Assembly: GCA_963575745.1 (NCBI GenBank)
Contig: CAUYUJ010000225.1
Coordinates: 1,488,001 to 1,511,205 of the forward strand
Direction of reading: 5' to 3'
From: Prorocentrum cordatum
Taxonomy: Eukaryota
DNA length: 23,205 nt
Positions within the stretch are counted from its first letter, which is position 1; each line of letters starts with the position of its first letter. The position numbers and the translations under genes are program-made. Positions 9,880 through 20,644 of this stretch are shown here, piece by piece. Below the pieces are notes generated by a model. It did not search any database. It had not been told where the DNA came from and saw nothing but the letters and a program-made list of their open reading frames with translations.

Positions 9880-11230
9880 TCGTCATGGGGCCCAAGGGCT
9901 CGGAGCCCCCATGGGCGAGGGGTAATGCTGCCGATGCGGCTCCAGGGGGTCATGAGACTCACAGGGTTCACAGGGCTCATGGGGTTCTTTGGGGTCATGG
10001 GACTGTTTGTGCACATCGGGCACGGGGCTCATAATGCTGAGTGGCTTTTACAGAGGTCATGGGGGTCATAGGAGGCTCATGGTGCTCATAAGGGTCCTGG
10101 GGCTCCCTGGAGTCATCAGCTCTTGGGGGCCATTGGGCTCATAGAGCTTGCAATGCTCCGGGGGACCATAGGGCCCATATCGCTAACAGTGCGCGTAGGC
10201 CTCGTAGGGCTCACGGGCCCGATTGGGGTGAAGGGGCAAGTCGGGGCCATAGGGCTCATAGGGCCCGTAGGCCGTATACAGCAACTGGGCTCGTAGGGCT
10301 CAGAGGGAGGTCTCATGGGTCTCGCATGGCTTTACGGCTCCTAGTGGTGAGGGGGTTCTAGGGCTCATAGGACGCATAGGCCTCATAGGGGTCATCGCGC
10401 TCATATGGTGTCATGGACTCCATGACACCATATGAGCGCGATGACTTTCTGACTCCATGACACCATATGAGCGCGATTCTCCAGACTCCATGACCCCATA
10501 CCCCCCCGACCCTCCATGACTCATGGAGGGTCGGGGGGGTATGGGGCTCGGCTCATTGAGTTCATGGGGCTCCTGGGGCTCGTGAGCTCATAAAGGGCAT
10601 GGGGCTTCTAGTGCTCATGCGCCTCAAAGGGCTCATCAGGCTTATGGGGCTCATGGAGCTCGGAGAGCTCATGGGCTCGTAGGACTCTTAAGGCTCATTG
10701 GGCTCCTAGGGCTCATTGGAGTAATAGGGTTCGTGGGGGTCATAGGGCTCATAGGGCTCATACGGCTCATGGGCTCGTAGGGCTTGAAGGGCTCATAGGG
10801 TTCATAGGCCCCATAGAGCCCATGGGGCTCATAAAGCTCATAGGGCTCATAGGGCTCATAGGGCTCATAGGGCTCATGGGGCCCATGGGGCCCATGGGGC
10901 CCATAGGGCTCATAGGGCTCATAGGGCTTAAGGGCTCATAGGGCTCATGGGGCTCATAAGGCTCATAGGGCTCATAGGGCTCATAGGGCTCATAGGGCTC
11001 ATAGGGCTCATGGGGCTCATAGGGCTCATTGGGCTCATAACGCTCATAGGGCTCATATAGCTCATTGGGCTCATGGGCTCATAGGGGTCATCGGGCTCAT
11101 AGGGCTCATAGGGCTCATAAAGCTCATAGGGCTCCGAGGCCTCACAGGGCTCATGGGATCTCATGGGGCACCATGAGGCACCATAGTTGTCGTAGGGCTT
11201 GTGGGGGCGAGAGGCCTCATATGGCTGATA
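9880..11230 (+). repeat. 9-bp satellite (AGGGCTCAT)n, purest at ~10830-11130
   Basis: Direct reading; explains the (SPM)n/(EPY)n ORFs. Confidence 0.92.
10391..10546. repeat. Two perfect palindromes (27-bp and 26-bp arms, 1-nt spacer) plus an extra arm copy
   Basis: Arms at 10391-10417/10419-10445 and 10494-10519/10521-10546; the right arm of the first is repeated at 10451-10477. Confidence 0.95.
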
Positions 11231-11239
11231 GGGGTATGG

Positions 11240-11880
11240 CCTCTCGGGGCTCTCGTGGGGCGCCTTTTGAAGCTCTTTTGGGCTGTGTGGCGGCCCTCCT
11301 GGGCCGTCCCGGGACCCTCTTGGGCCGTCCTGGGGGGCTTGGGTCGTCTTTGGGCCCTCTTGGTTCTTCTTGGTGACCTCCTGCGGCCTTCTTGGGGCTC
11401 TCTGGTAAGCCTCTTGGTGCTCTTTGGGGCCGTCTTGGGGCTCTCTTGGGTCGTTTTGGCGCTCTTTGGGGCTGTCTTGGGGCTCCCTTGGGGGCTTCTT
11501 GGGCCGTCCTGGGGCGATCTTGGGGGCCTCTTGGGCCGTCTTGGACGCGATGAAGGCCAAAGAAGCGGATATGCTAAAAATGCACGTTTTCCAAAAGGGA
11601 ATGGGACGATTTTGACCTCTTGGGGGTCTTCTTGGGGGGAAGCCTCCTGGCGCGTCTTAAGAGCATCTTGGGCCGTCTTGAAGCCACCTTGAGGCCTCTT
11701 TGAGCGCTCATGAGCCGTTCTGGAGCGGTCTTGGGCCGCCTTGGGGCTTTGCGGGACCGTCCGGGGATGGCCGGGAGAAGCTCCCGAAACCGAACATCGG
11801 ATTTGAAGTCGGTGGGAGCTCCCAAAGCCGAATTGATGTACGGGGGGGTCAGGGGAGGCTTTCCGCTATAAGAATATTCG
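11240..11880 (+). repeat. Copy of the CTTGGGGC-rich dispersed repeat family
   Basis: Same GGCCGTCTTGG/GGCCTCTTGGG units and A-rich spacer (…GATTTTGACCTCTTGGGG) as 1650-4625. Confidence 0.8.
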
Positions 11881-11887
11881 AAGAGGA

Positions 11888-12510
11888 ATATATATATATA
11901 TATACACATACATACATACATACATACATACATACATACATACATACATACATACATACATACATACATACATACATACATACATACATACACATATATA
12001 TATATACATATACATATATACATTTATATACACATACCTACATACCTACCTACCTACCTGTCTACCTGCCTACCTACCTACCTACCTACCTACCTACAGA
12101 CATACACACATGCACACATACACACATACACACATACGCACATACGCACATACGCACATACACACATACACACATACACACATACACACATACACACATA
12201 CACACATGCATACATACATACATACATGCATACATACATACATACATTCATTCATTCATTCATACCTGCATACATGTACACACATACATACACATACACA
12301 CATACACACATACACACATACACACATACACACGTACGCACATACATACATACATACATACCTCCATGCACATATACATACATACATACATACATACATA
12401 CATACGTACAAACATACATACATACGTACATACGTGCATACATACAAACATACATGCACACATACACACATACATACATACATAAATACATACATACATA
12501 CATACATACC

Positions 12511-12541
<31 letters not shown>

Positions 12542-12988
12542 GATACATACATACATACATACACACATACATACATACACACATACATACATACATCCAT
12601 CCATACATCCATCCATCCATCCATACATACATACATACATACACACAGACAGACAGATATACATACATACATACACACATGCATACATGCATACATGCAT
12701 GCATGCATGCATGCATGCATACGTACACATACATACATACACACATACATGCACACATACATACATACATACATTCATACATACACATATGCATACATAC
12801 ACACATAAATATATACATACATACATGCATGCATGCATATACACATACATACACACGTCCATACATACATACACACATACATACAGACCGACAGGCAGAC
12901 AGACATACATGCATGCATGTATGCATGCATACACATATTTGCGCATGTATGTATGTATATATACATATATATATATACACATACCTAC
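11888..12988 (+). repeat. ~1.1-kb compound (TACA)n/(CA)n/(TACC)n microsatellite
   Basis: Direct reading; explains the HTYI/MYVC ORFs. Confidence 0.97.
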
Positions 12989-13199
12989 AAGTTCAGTCGC
13001 CAGCATTCCGCCCCTCATGCCACAACTGCTGAAAACAACAAAACTACGCGCTGAATTCCATCAACCCGTGAAGACGTAGGCGGTTCAGGGGACCCTTTCT
13101 TCCAACCCCTGTCTTCCCCTTCGGGGAGGGGTTTACCCTCCCCCTACCCCGCCTAGTAGGGGAAGTCCTCTCCTGAGCTTGGACGGCGGGGAGCGGGTC

Positions 13200-13690
13200 G
13201 TTAGAGCGTCCAAGGTAGCCCAAGATGGCCCCAGGTAGCCCCAGATGGCCGACGACTCAATATAGCCCACGATGGTTCCAGATAGCCTCCAAAGTCCAAG
13301 GCCGCCCCACGACAGCTTCAAGTGGCCACGGAGTCTCCCAAAGACACCCACGAGAGGCCCAAATCCTTCCAAAACCTAAGGACGATACGTGAGTGATGAA
13401 AATGGATGCATCATCGCATGATCGCATTCGATGGGCTTGCTAAATATTCAAGACGGCTCCAAGATCGCCCGAGAGAGTCCCAAGAGGATTCCAAAACGAC
13501 TCCGAGAGCGCCCAGGATCGCCCCAAGAGAATCCCAAGAGGCGAATGTTCTGTCTCCGACGGGGTGGAGTGCGCTGGCCCCTCTTCTTTGATCGATGGCC
13601 CCCGACATGGCCTTCAAGCCCCCCCAGGAGGGCTTATTTAGTGCCTCCCACATGGCCAAGAATGCCCCAAGATGGCCCGAGACAACTGCC
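13200..13690 (-). repeat. Opposite-orientation copy of the CTTGGGGC-rich repeat family
   Basis: CCAAGATGGCCCC/CCCAAGAG units are the reverse complement of the family motif. Confidence 0.7.
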
Positions 13691-13699
13691 AATAATCTA

Positions 13700-16600
13700 T
13701 GATATCGACATCTCCGCGAGAGCATGTCTGGTTCACTCCTCCTGGGTTTGTTGACGTTGATCCCGAGTTTCGATTAAACGGCTGCTCACCTTCTTCGTTA
13801 CACTGTTTTCTCTTGCTTCTTCCCACAGATCGGCCTGAAAAAGGTAAATCGTCTGGACATCCTCCGAGCAAATGCCGATCCAGCAAACGGCAGAAGTAGG
13901 AACTTCTCGGACCGTTTGCATTATCAAACCCACAACGGCGAGCCCCGACCGAAGGCAGGGGAGTGATCGGCGAACATACTAAGCTCGAGCTGATGAACCG
14001 ACGCCCCCGATTCACAAGGATGTTTTGCCCTGCGCATGGCAACTACTTGGTGACGTTGGTTTGCCCTCGCCTGGTCGTCACATAATTACCTCGACGGCAA
14101 GCTCATCGTGCTGGCCCCGTTCTCGCTCTACACCGTGTTCGGTGCCCGAGGCCCCATGCGCTTCGCTATAGAGTACTTTGACAACCTCCTTTCTGAAACT
14201 AGAGTTTCGGTTGCCATCCAGCCCGTGCGCTGCAGCGTGTATCTGTCGATGCTCGTTGATACAACTGTCCATACACGGTTGCGCACCTCTTTCATCCGTG
14301 GCCCCAAGATGTTGAGGAATTCGGAGCTGCACTCAATCTCTTTGATAATCAAGGTAATACACGGGCCCTCCCCGAGGAGCTATCCTGAACACTTGCGCTG
14401 CCAAGTGGTGTCGTCCCTCGATCCAACGCTCGCTGACTGGTGTCCTGGCTGCTCCATGTTTTTTGCCGCCAACAATCGCCAACGGATGCTTGTTGGTATC
14501 CCCAATGGTAGCCTGTATAAGTTATGCTATGTCGTCCCGCCATTACCGAAGTCTTCAGTGGTTGCGCTGTGCTCTCCGGCGGAAATCGTGCATCGGCACC
14601 TGGCATTGTGCTATGGTCATGAACGCTCTGAGCGAAACGCCGCCCGTGCCCTCAATACGTTTGGTGCGCAATTAGCTCTGCCGCACCCCGTCTGTTGCTG
14701 CGCGACGCTTCGTGTCCCACGTCGCCGCTGACAAGAAGTTGCGCTGTGCTGGCCTGGTGTCGTGGACAGAAAGCTCCCGTACTGCTGCGATCCTGGTCCA
14801 TCCGGAGTGGACCAGGTAGTCCGGGATGGTCCAAGACAGCCCTCAAGAGACACCACGGAGGCTGAGATCCTTCAAGGAATAAAGTTTCTTCAGTGATTTG
14901 GGACTCATCCCCTTCATTTGATTTGGGCTTCTGAGGCCTCAGGATGGCTCCAACATCATCGAGCAGTGTACTGCGCCGAACAACGCAATACAACGCGTAG
15001 ACACACCGAAAAGCAAAGGCTATTGGATATCGCAACCCAACTTGGGCCCAACACCCCGGTGTGGTCCCGAATGGACCACTACAAAACCAGAAAGGCCCCC
15101 GCGAGCCCCCCAAGCCCCTGAGACACCCTCAGCGAGCCCCCGGATTCATCGCAAATACTCCCATGAATCCACTCGAAGCGACCCGCCTGCCGAAATGCTT
15201 ACCACATGCCTTCGTAGAAACGAGAGCCTTGTTCCGCGTGCACTTGTCTGACCTCTCGTGGCCTTACCCTTTCACACATGGCACTTCCAACATAACCAAA
15301 TGCTAGCGATGACACAGTGTGGGTCGACGAAATCAGCAAGTGAAGCGGCGGAGAGAGCAAAGCGAATGCCAGCGATGATTGCAGCATGGGCCAGCGATGA
15401 CACAGTATGGGCAAGAGGGAGAAGTGGGAGGTCATCACAGGGACCGTCCCCCTCACGTCCTTTCCTCGACGCCGAACAGATGGACACGAGAGAGCGCGCC
15501 ACTGAAGCCGAGGGGCTGACAGGCTGGCGAGAGGAGCGCGGGTGAGGCATGATGCAGAGGTGGCTGGTGAGCACGAAGGATGCAAAGATGGGAACCAGAC
15601 GGCTCAGGATGAAGAGACAGAGAGGAAGAGGAGCTGGAGGCGGAGGCTGGGGCGGAAGAGCGGAGGAGGGGGGAAAGGAGGAAGGGGGGTATAAACAGAG
15701 GGGGGCTGGGCAGCAGAAACAAAGGACAAAAACATGTTTTGTGATCCGCCCCCCGCAGCCTGACGGAAGATGGGGTGGAGGAGGCCAAACGAAAAGGAGG
15801 GATGAACAGAAAAGAATTGGAGGAGGCACGTAAAACACGACTGTGGACCCGCGACTCGCACTCCTCGCTCTCCTCGAGGATGCAGGAAACAGGATGAGAG
15901 AGGAGGAGGAGGAGGAGGAGGAGGAGGAGGAGGAGGACATCTCATGCCAAGGCTTCTCGGCAACATCGGCAGCACAAGGAGAGCTGAAGAATACCGTGAA
16001 AAGAACCATGGAACCATGACCCCCCAACAACCGCGCCGCACCGGTTTCACGACGCGAATGGCGACATGCCAACAAAGACCACGCAAGGGCTGTCGCGATG
16101 GCCGACGCAGCGGCCGACGCGATGGCCGACACTCAAACTTTTCCTTTCGCCCTTACCGCCTCCCTCCTTTTCGCATCCCCTTACGATGTCGATGATGGCG
16201 TGAACATAGTCCCTAGTGTTTCCGTAGTGGCCCCAGAAACTTGCTCTGTTTTCCTGGAAAGGTTTCGGACCCTAGACACGACAGTCGCTGAACAACGTTC
16301 AAACAAATCTGGACAATCGCTGATGGCAAGTGGTCCTGAGCATAATTACCATTGAGATCGTTACCACCAGCAGTGTAGTGGCCCAGCAGGTGGCAGGGGT
16401 GTGCGCAGCAAGGACCTGACTCTTGCCCACCAACTTGTCCCCCTCCGCCTTCTCAACCCTGTGGACGGCGACACGTCGAAGGGTCACGCTGTGTCCGGAC
16501 ATTTGCCTGCTGTTCAATTATTCAGCATTCGGAGAGGCCTGGTCGGGGCAGAACGGGCAGAGATATTCCCAAGGATGATGCGAACCACATTCGCGCCAAA

Positions 16601-16850
16601 GCTGGAATCTTGTTAGCCAGTGAAGCTGCTTCCTCGAGAAGCCCCTCGAATTTCTGGAGCTTGCCCTCCCAACACAAACATATCACATCAGCATCCAAAC
16701 GCACCGAAACCTTGGATACTTGTGCAATCAACCGCTCCAGATCGTAGCTGATCCCCTCTGAATCCGCGGCAACCGTCGCTGGGCTGCCGCCACACGAGTG
16801 GCCCAAACTGGTGGCCACGTTGGGCAGGCTGCCAGGGTCGAGGGCCGGCA
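13700..16850 (-). pseudogene. Decayed non-LTR (LINE-like) retrotransposon ORF2 remnant (APE-type endonuclease plus reverse transcriptase)
   Basis: Motif-like fragments, read by eye across frameshifts and stops, occur in the expected order on the minus strand. Endonuclease: LDADVICL (~16690), VLAAHTP (~16400), TLLV/GNDLNG (~16355), TRDYV (~16210). RT: KGK..NKALVSTKACGKHF (~15270-15190), AFRCVYALYCVVR (~15000), GVRQS (~14685), A/DDIA (~14533), EFLNILG (~14310). Boundaries approximate. Confidence 0.55.
15896..15937 (+). repeat. (GGA)n microsatellite
   Basis: Direct reading. Confidence 0.9.
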
Positions 16851-17214
16851 CTTGCGCTTCGAGCAGGTTCTCTATCGTCTTCCCATTCGGCGGCTCTGCA
16901 GATCCCTTGAACTCCTCGAAGTTTGGGGGGGGTCACGCAGAAGAACTGGCCCTCAAACGCGTTCGGCCCTGCCGCCGCCTGCAGCGCCCAGAGGAGAGCG
17001 GCAGCCGGAGCAGCACAAAAAAGTGCACCCTGCGCAGAGCACAGCCTGGAGCACCGCAATCGGACTGACTCGAGCGAAGCTGGCTCCAGCCAAACTGGCG
17101 ACTGCACCGCGTCAGGGAGGAGAGCGAGGAGAGGGAGCAGGAGGAGAGAGCACAGGCAGGAAAAGAAAAAGAAAGGAGGGGGGCGCGCAGTCGACCACGC
17201 CATCACGGCGCCCG

Positions 17215-17358
17215 TCACCCGACGCTGTCGCCCACGCCGCAGGCGGCCGGGGTCTCGAAGCGCACGACGAAGGAGCACGCGTAGGTCTCCGTGATGGACA
17301 GCAGCGCGTCAGCTGGAGCACACTCGAACAGGACCTCGACGCTGCGGTTGACGGAGGC
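17215..17358 (-). CDS. Exon 7 (terminal): MRH domain C-terminal part and stop
   Basis: ASVNRSVEVLFECAPADALLSITETYACSFVVRFETPAACGVGDSVG* in ORF 17215..17445. AAG|G acceptor. Confidence 0.88.
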   Translation of the reverse strand, partial: ASVNRSVEVLFECAPADALLSITETYACSFVVRFETPAACGVGDSVG

Positions 17359-20300
17359 CTTGTGTTTGGTCGGGCATGTCCCCCTACAGGCGGACTTTGG
17401 GCGAAAGAAGCACAAATAGTCAACCGAATTCTCAAAAATAGTCAAGGAGAGTCCAACAAATCGTCCCCAGACTATTTTTGATCAATTTTGAATGTGCCTC
17501 CTCTGGAGGGACAGGCCCGACTTGAGCCTTGTGGCACCACTCGCCGTCGCCCATGTTCAGGCGGCTGTAGTCGCGCCTCAGCTGCCCGCTCTCCCAGAAC
17601 GCCTCCGCGAAGGCCCCTCCGCGCCCCAGCACGAAGGGCCGCCCCTCCTCGCCGATCTGGTGGGTGACCCTGTCGAGGAGGCAGACCTTGTAGATGGCGC
17701 TGCCCTCGTCCAGCCGGAAGCAGCCCTTCTCTGGGGGAGCGAAGCCTGGCAGAAACACAAAGACTCGGAGGTCCGCGCGGATGTCTCGGATCCGCGCTGG
17801 ACCCCCCTGGCGCGCTCCGCGCGCCAGGGAGGGGGGTCCAGCGCGCGGATCCGAGAACTCCGCGCGGACCTGCGAGTCTTGCTGCTTTACGCCACTCTTC
17901 GCGCCCCCCTTCTCCGCCACGGCCAGGAACGCGTGATCGGGGCCACCCGGCAGCCCCGAGTACTGCGGCTGCTGCGCCAGCTGGCGCCCCCTCTCGGCGT
18001 GTCGCGCCCGCGCCGCCGCGCCGAGCAGCGCCCTCGACGCACGCTCGGCCTGCCCTGGGCCCTCTGCCTCGAGACAGCGGTCCGGGCACCTGGCGTCAGG
18101 TCGAGCATGCCCCCCCTACAGGCGGAGCTTGGAACGGAAATCATGAGCAACATACCCAAAATGCTCCCAAGATGGCCGAAAACAATCGAGAGATCGCCCC
18201 CAGAGTATTTTTTGTGACTATTTTTGACGACTCCTCCCGTAGAGGGACATGCCCGACTTAAACCTGGCGCCAGTCTGCCACTCGTCCTCCCCGGCGCAGC
18301 AGTCGCAGATGCCGTCGTTCACCGCCGAGTGCGGCACCAGCCGCGCCCTGGCGCCCGACGGCTCTCCCGCCCCCGGAGGAGCGGCGAGGCGGGCCCAGCC
18401 GCAGTAGAAGCCGGCAGGAGGACGCCAACTCTCTACACCGCACACTGTACGGTGGGGGCAATAGGACAAGGAACCCTTCGATAAGGAATCCAGGGTCTGG
18501 AAGCTCGTGGATCTCTAATCTAGAGCCCTCCTAGATGGAGTCGGAGTAGATGGGGTCGAAGGATCGCGCCGCATCGGCGATACATCGGCGATGCATCGGC
18601 GATGCACCGGCGATGCATCAGCGACGTCGGCGATGCATCGGCGACGTCCGCGTGAAGAAAATCGGGCTCCGCATCGAGCCGCACCGGCGATGCATCGGCG
18701 ATGCGGCGCGATCATCCGACCCCATCTACTCCGACCCCATCTGGGAGGCCTAGAGGCAAAGGACAAGGAACCCTTCGATAAGGAATCCAGGATCTGGAAG
18801 CTGCTGGATTTTCAGTCGTGCATCGGCCATGGACATCACCGCCGCCCTTCTCGGGTAAGGACTCCTCCAGCGTCTGCAGCCTGCTGGGCAGACTCCTTCA
18901 CAAGCGCCTCCACCGTACACACCGATTCTGGGCCTGGGCTCACCCTGGGCCCAGGATCTGCGCGGACGCCCTCCCGGCTGGGGCACGGAGGCACGGATAG
19001 GCGAGCACGCTCCACTACCCGCAGAGCAACTACGCGCAAATGGCCTGGATCCGCCGCGGGGGATCTACGATAAATCACACCGAAGCTGGCGTGTGTTTGT
19101 CGGACGTTTGCGAGCAGGCACTCTGCGAGTGGTGGAACGCGCTCCGTGCATGGAGGCCATGCACGCCGCTGCTGGGCCCGGGCTCGGCAGGGCCAGGCGC
19201 GGTGCAGGCGCGCAGAGGCTGGTGCCCTCCGAGCCGGGCAGGCCCGGGCGGGCGACCGCCCCCGAGCACGCGGACGTGGCCGGCTCGTCGCTGCCGTCGG
19301 CGCAGTCGCAGAAGTCGTCGTTCAGCACCGCCGGCAGGCCGAGCGCGGGGCGCAGGCCGTCGGCGCAGGCGAACTCGGCGAGGCCCGCGGCGGCAGGGGC
19401 GTAGCGCTCGCGGAGGCGCGGGGCGACGCCGCGCAAGAGGTCCCGCGCATGGCTGCCGGTGCCCTCTGCAAGGCAGCACCGCTCGAAGGTGAAGCTCGCG
19501 TCCCAGCAGGCGGGGTTGCCGCCAGGCCCCTGGCAGCAGAGCTCTTCCAGAGGGTCCGGGGCCTCCAACTTGAAGGGAGCTTCTACACCAGATCCGGAGG
19601 CGCAAACCTCCGCGCTGCTCGGATGTTGCCGGAGGTGGCCCTGGCCACAGGAGCTCTCAGCGCTTCCAGGGGGGCATCCGATGGTCTCCAGAGCACCGCT
19701 GACGAGGCCTAGGAGGCCCCGGGGGGGCCCAAGATGGAGCGAAGAACCGTGGACACCTTGGCTCAGGACCATCCCCTGCAGCCTCAAACCTGCCGGGGGT
19801 CCCAACTCGTGTGGTGACAGGCCACGCGGCGACCTCGGAATACCAAGAGACCTCACCGCACGGTCCGTCACCGCACGGTTTTGGGACCCTGGAGGCCTCA
19901 GTCACCCGATACATTCTCGGAGAAGTACCCGTGTCCCAATAATACTGAGCGGGGACCCCGAACCCCACGGACTCACCACTCGGTGTGGTCACCACACAGC
20001 TTGGGGGGCCCCCGATCACCTCCTCCATCGGCGGGGGCGGGCTGGTGGGCTACAGTCAACCCGTACAATGGGGACGCACGATAAGGATGCAAAGGCCTTG
20101 GAAGGGCGTAGATGTTTTTCGCCCGGGTTGGTTTTCGCCCGGTGCGTTTCACCCGATTCGTTTCGCCCGGGGTTTGCTTTCGCCCGGGTTGGCTTTCGCC
20201 CGGGTTGGCTTTCGCCCGGGTTGGCTTTCGCCCGGATTGGTTTTCGCCCGGGTTGGCTTTCGCCCGGGTTGGCTTTCGCCTGGTTGGCTTTCGCCCAGGT

Positions 20301-20606
20301 TGGCTTTCGCCTGGGTTGGCTTTCGCCCGGGTTGGCTGTCGCCCAGGTTGGCTTTCGCCCGGGTTGGCTTTCGCCTGGGTTGACTGTCGCCCGGGTTGGC
20401 TGTCGCCTAGGCTCGTTTTTGCCTGGGTTCCCGCGTCCATCAGGAGCGCGGGCAACGGGCATGGATCCCGGGAGATGGCCGCGGGCCGGAGGAGAACAGG
20501 AAAGGCAAGACCGCGAGGTGCATGGAGGAGGGAGACCAGGAGGGGAACGGGAGGACGGGGAGTCGTCGTCGTAGTAGTCGTCCTCCTCGTTGTCGTAGTC
20601 GTCGAT

Positions 20607-20644
<38 letters not shown>

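Noticed and set aside
11574..13079. Numerous His/Thr/Tyr/Ile and Met/Tyr/Val/Cys ORFs
   Set aside because: Products of the (TACA)n microsatellite.
14108..14731. 207-aa plus-strand ORF
   Set aside because: No recognisable motifs; it lies antisense to the RT-like remnant.
17492..18217. 241-aa plus-strand ORF
   Set aside because: Antisense shadow of GC3-rich exons 5-6 and it crosses the intronic elements.
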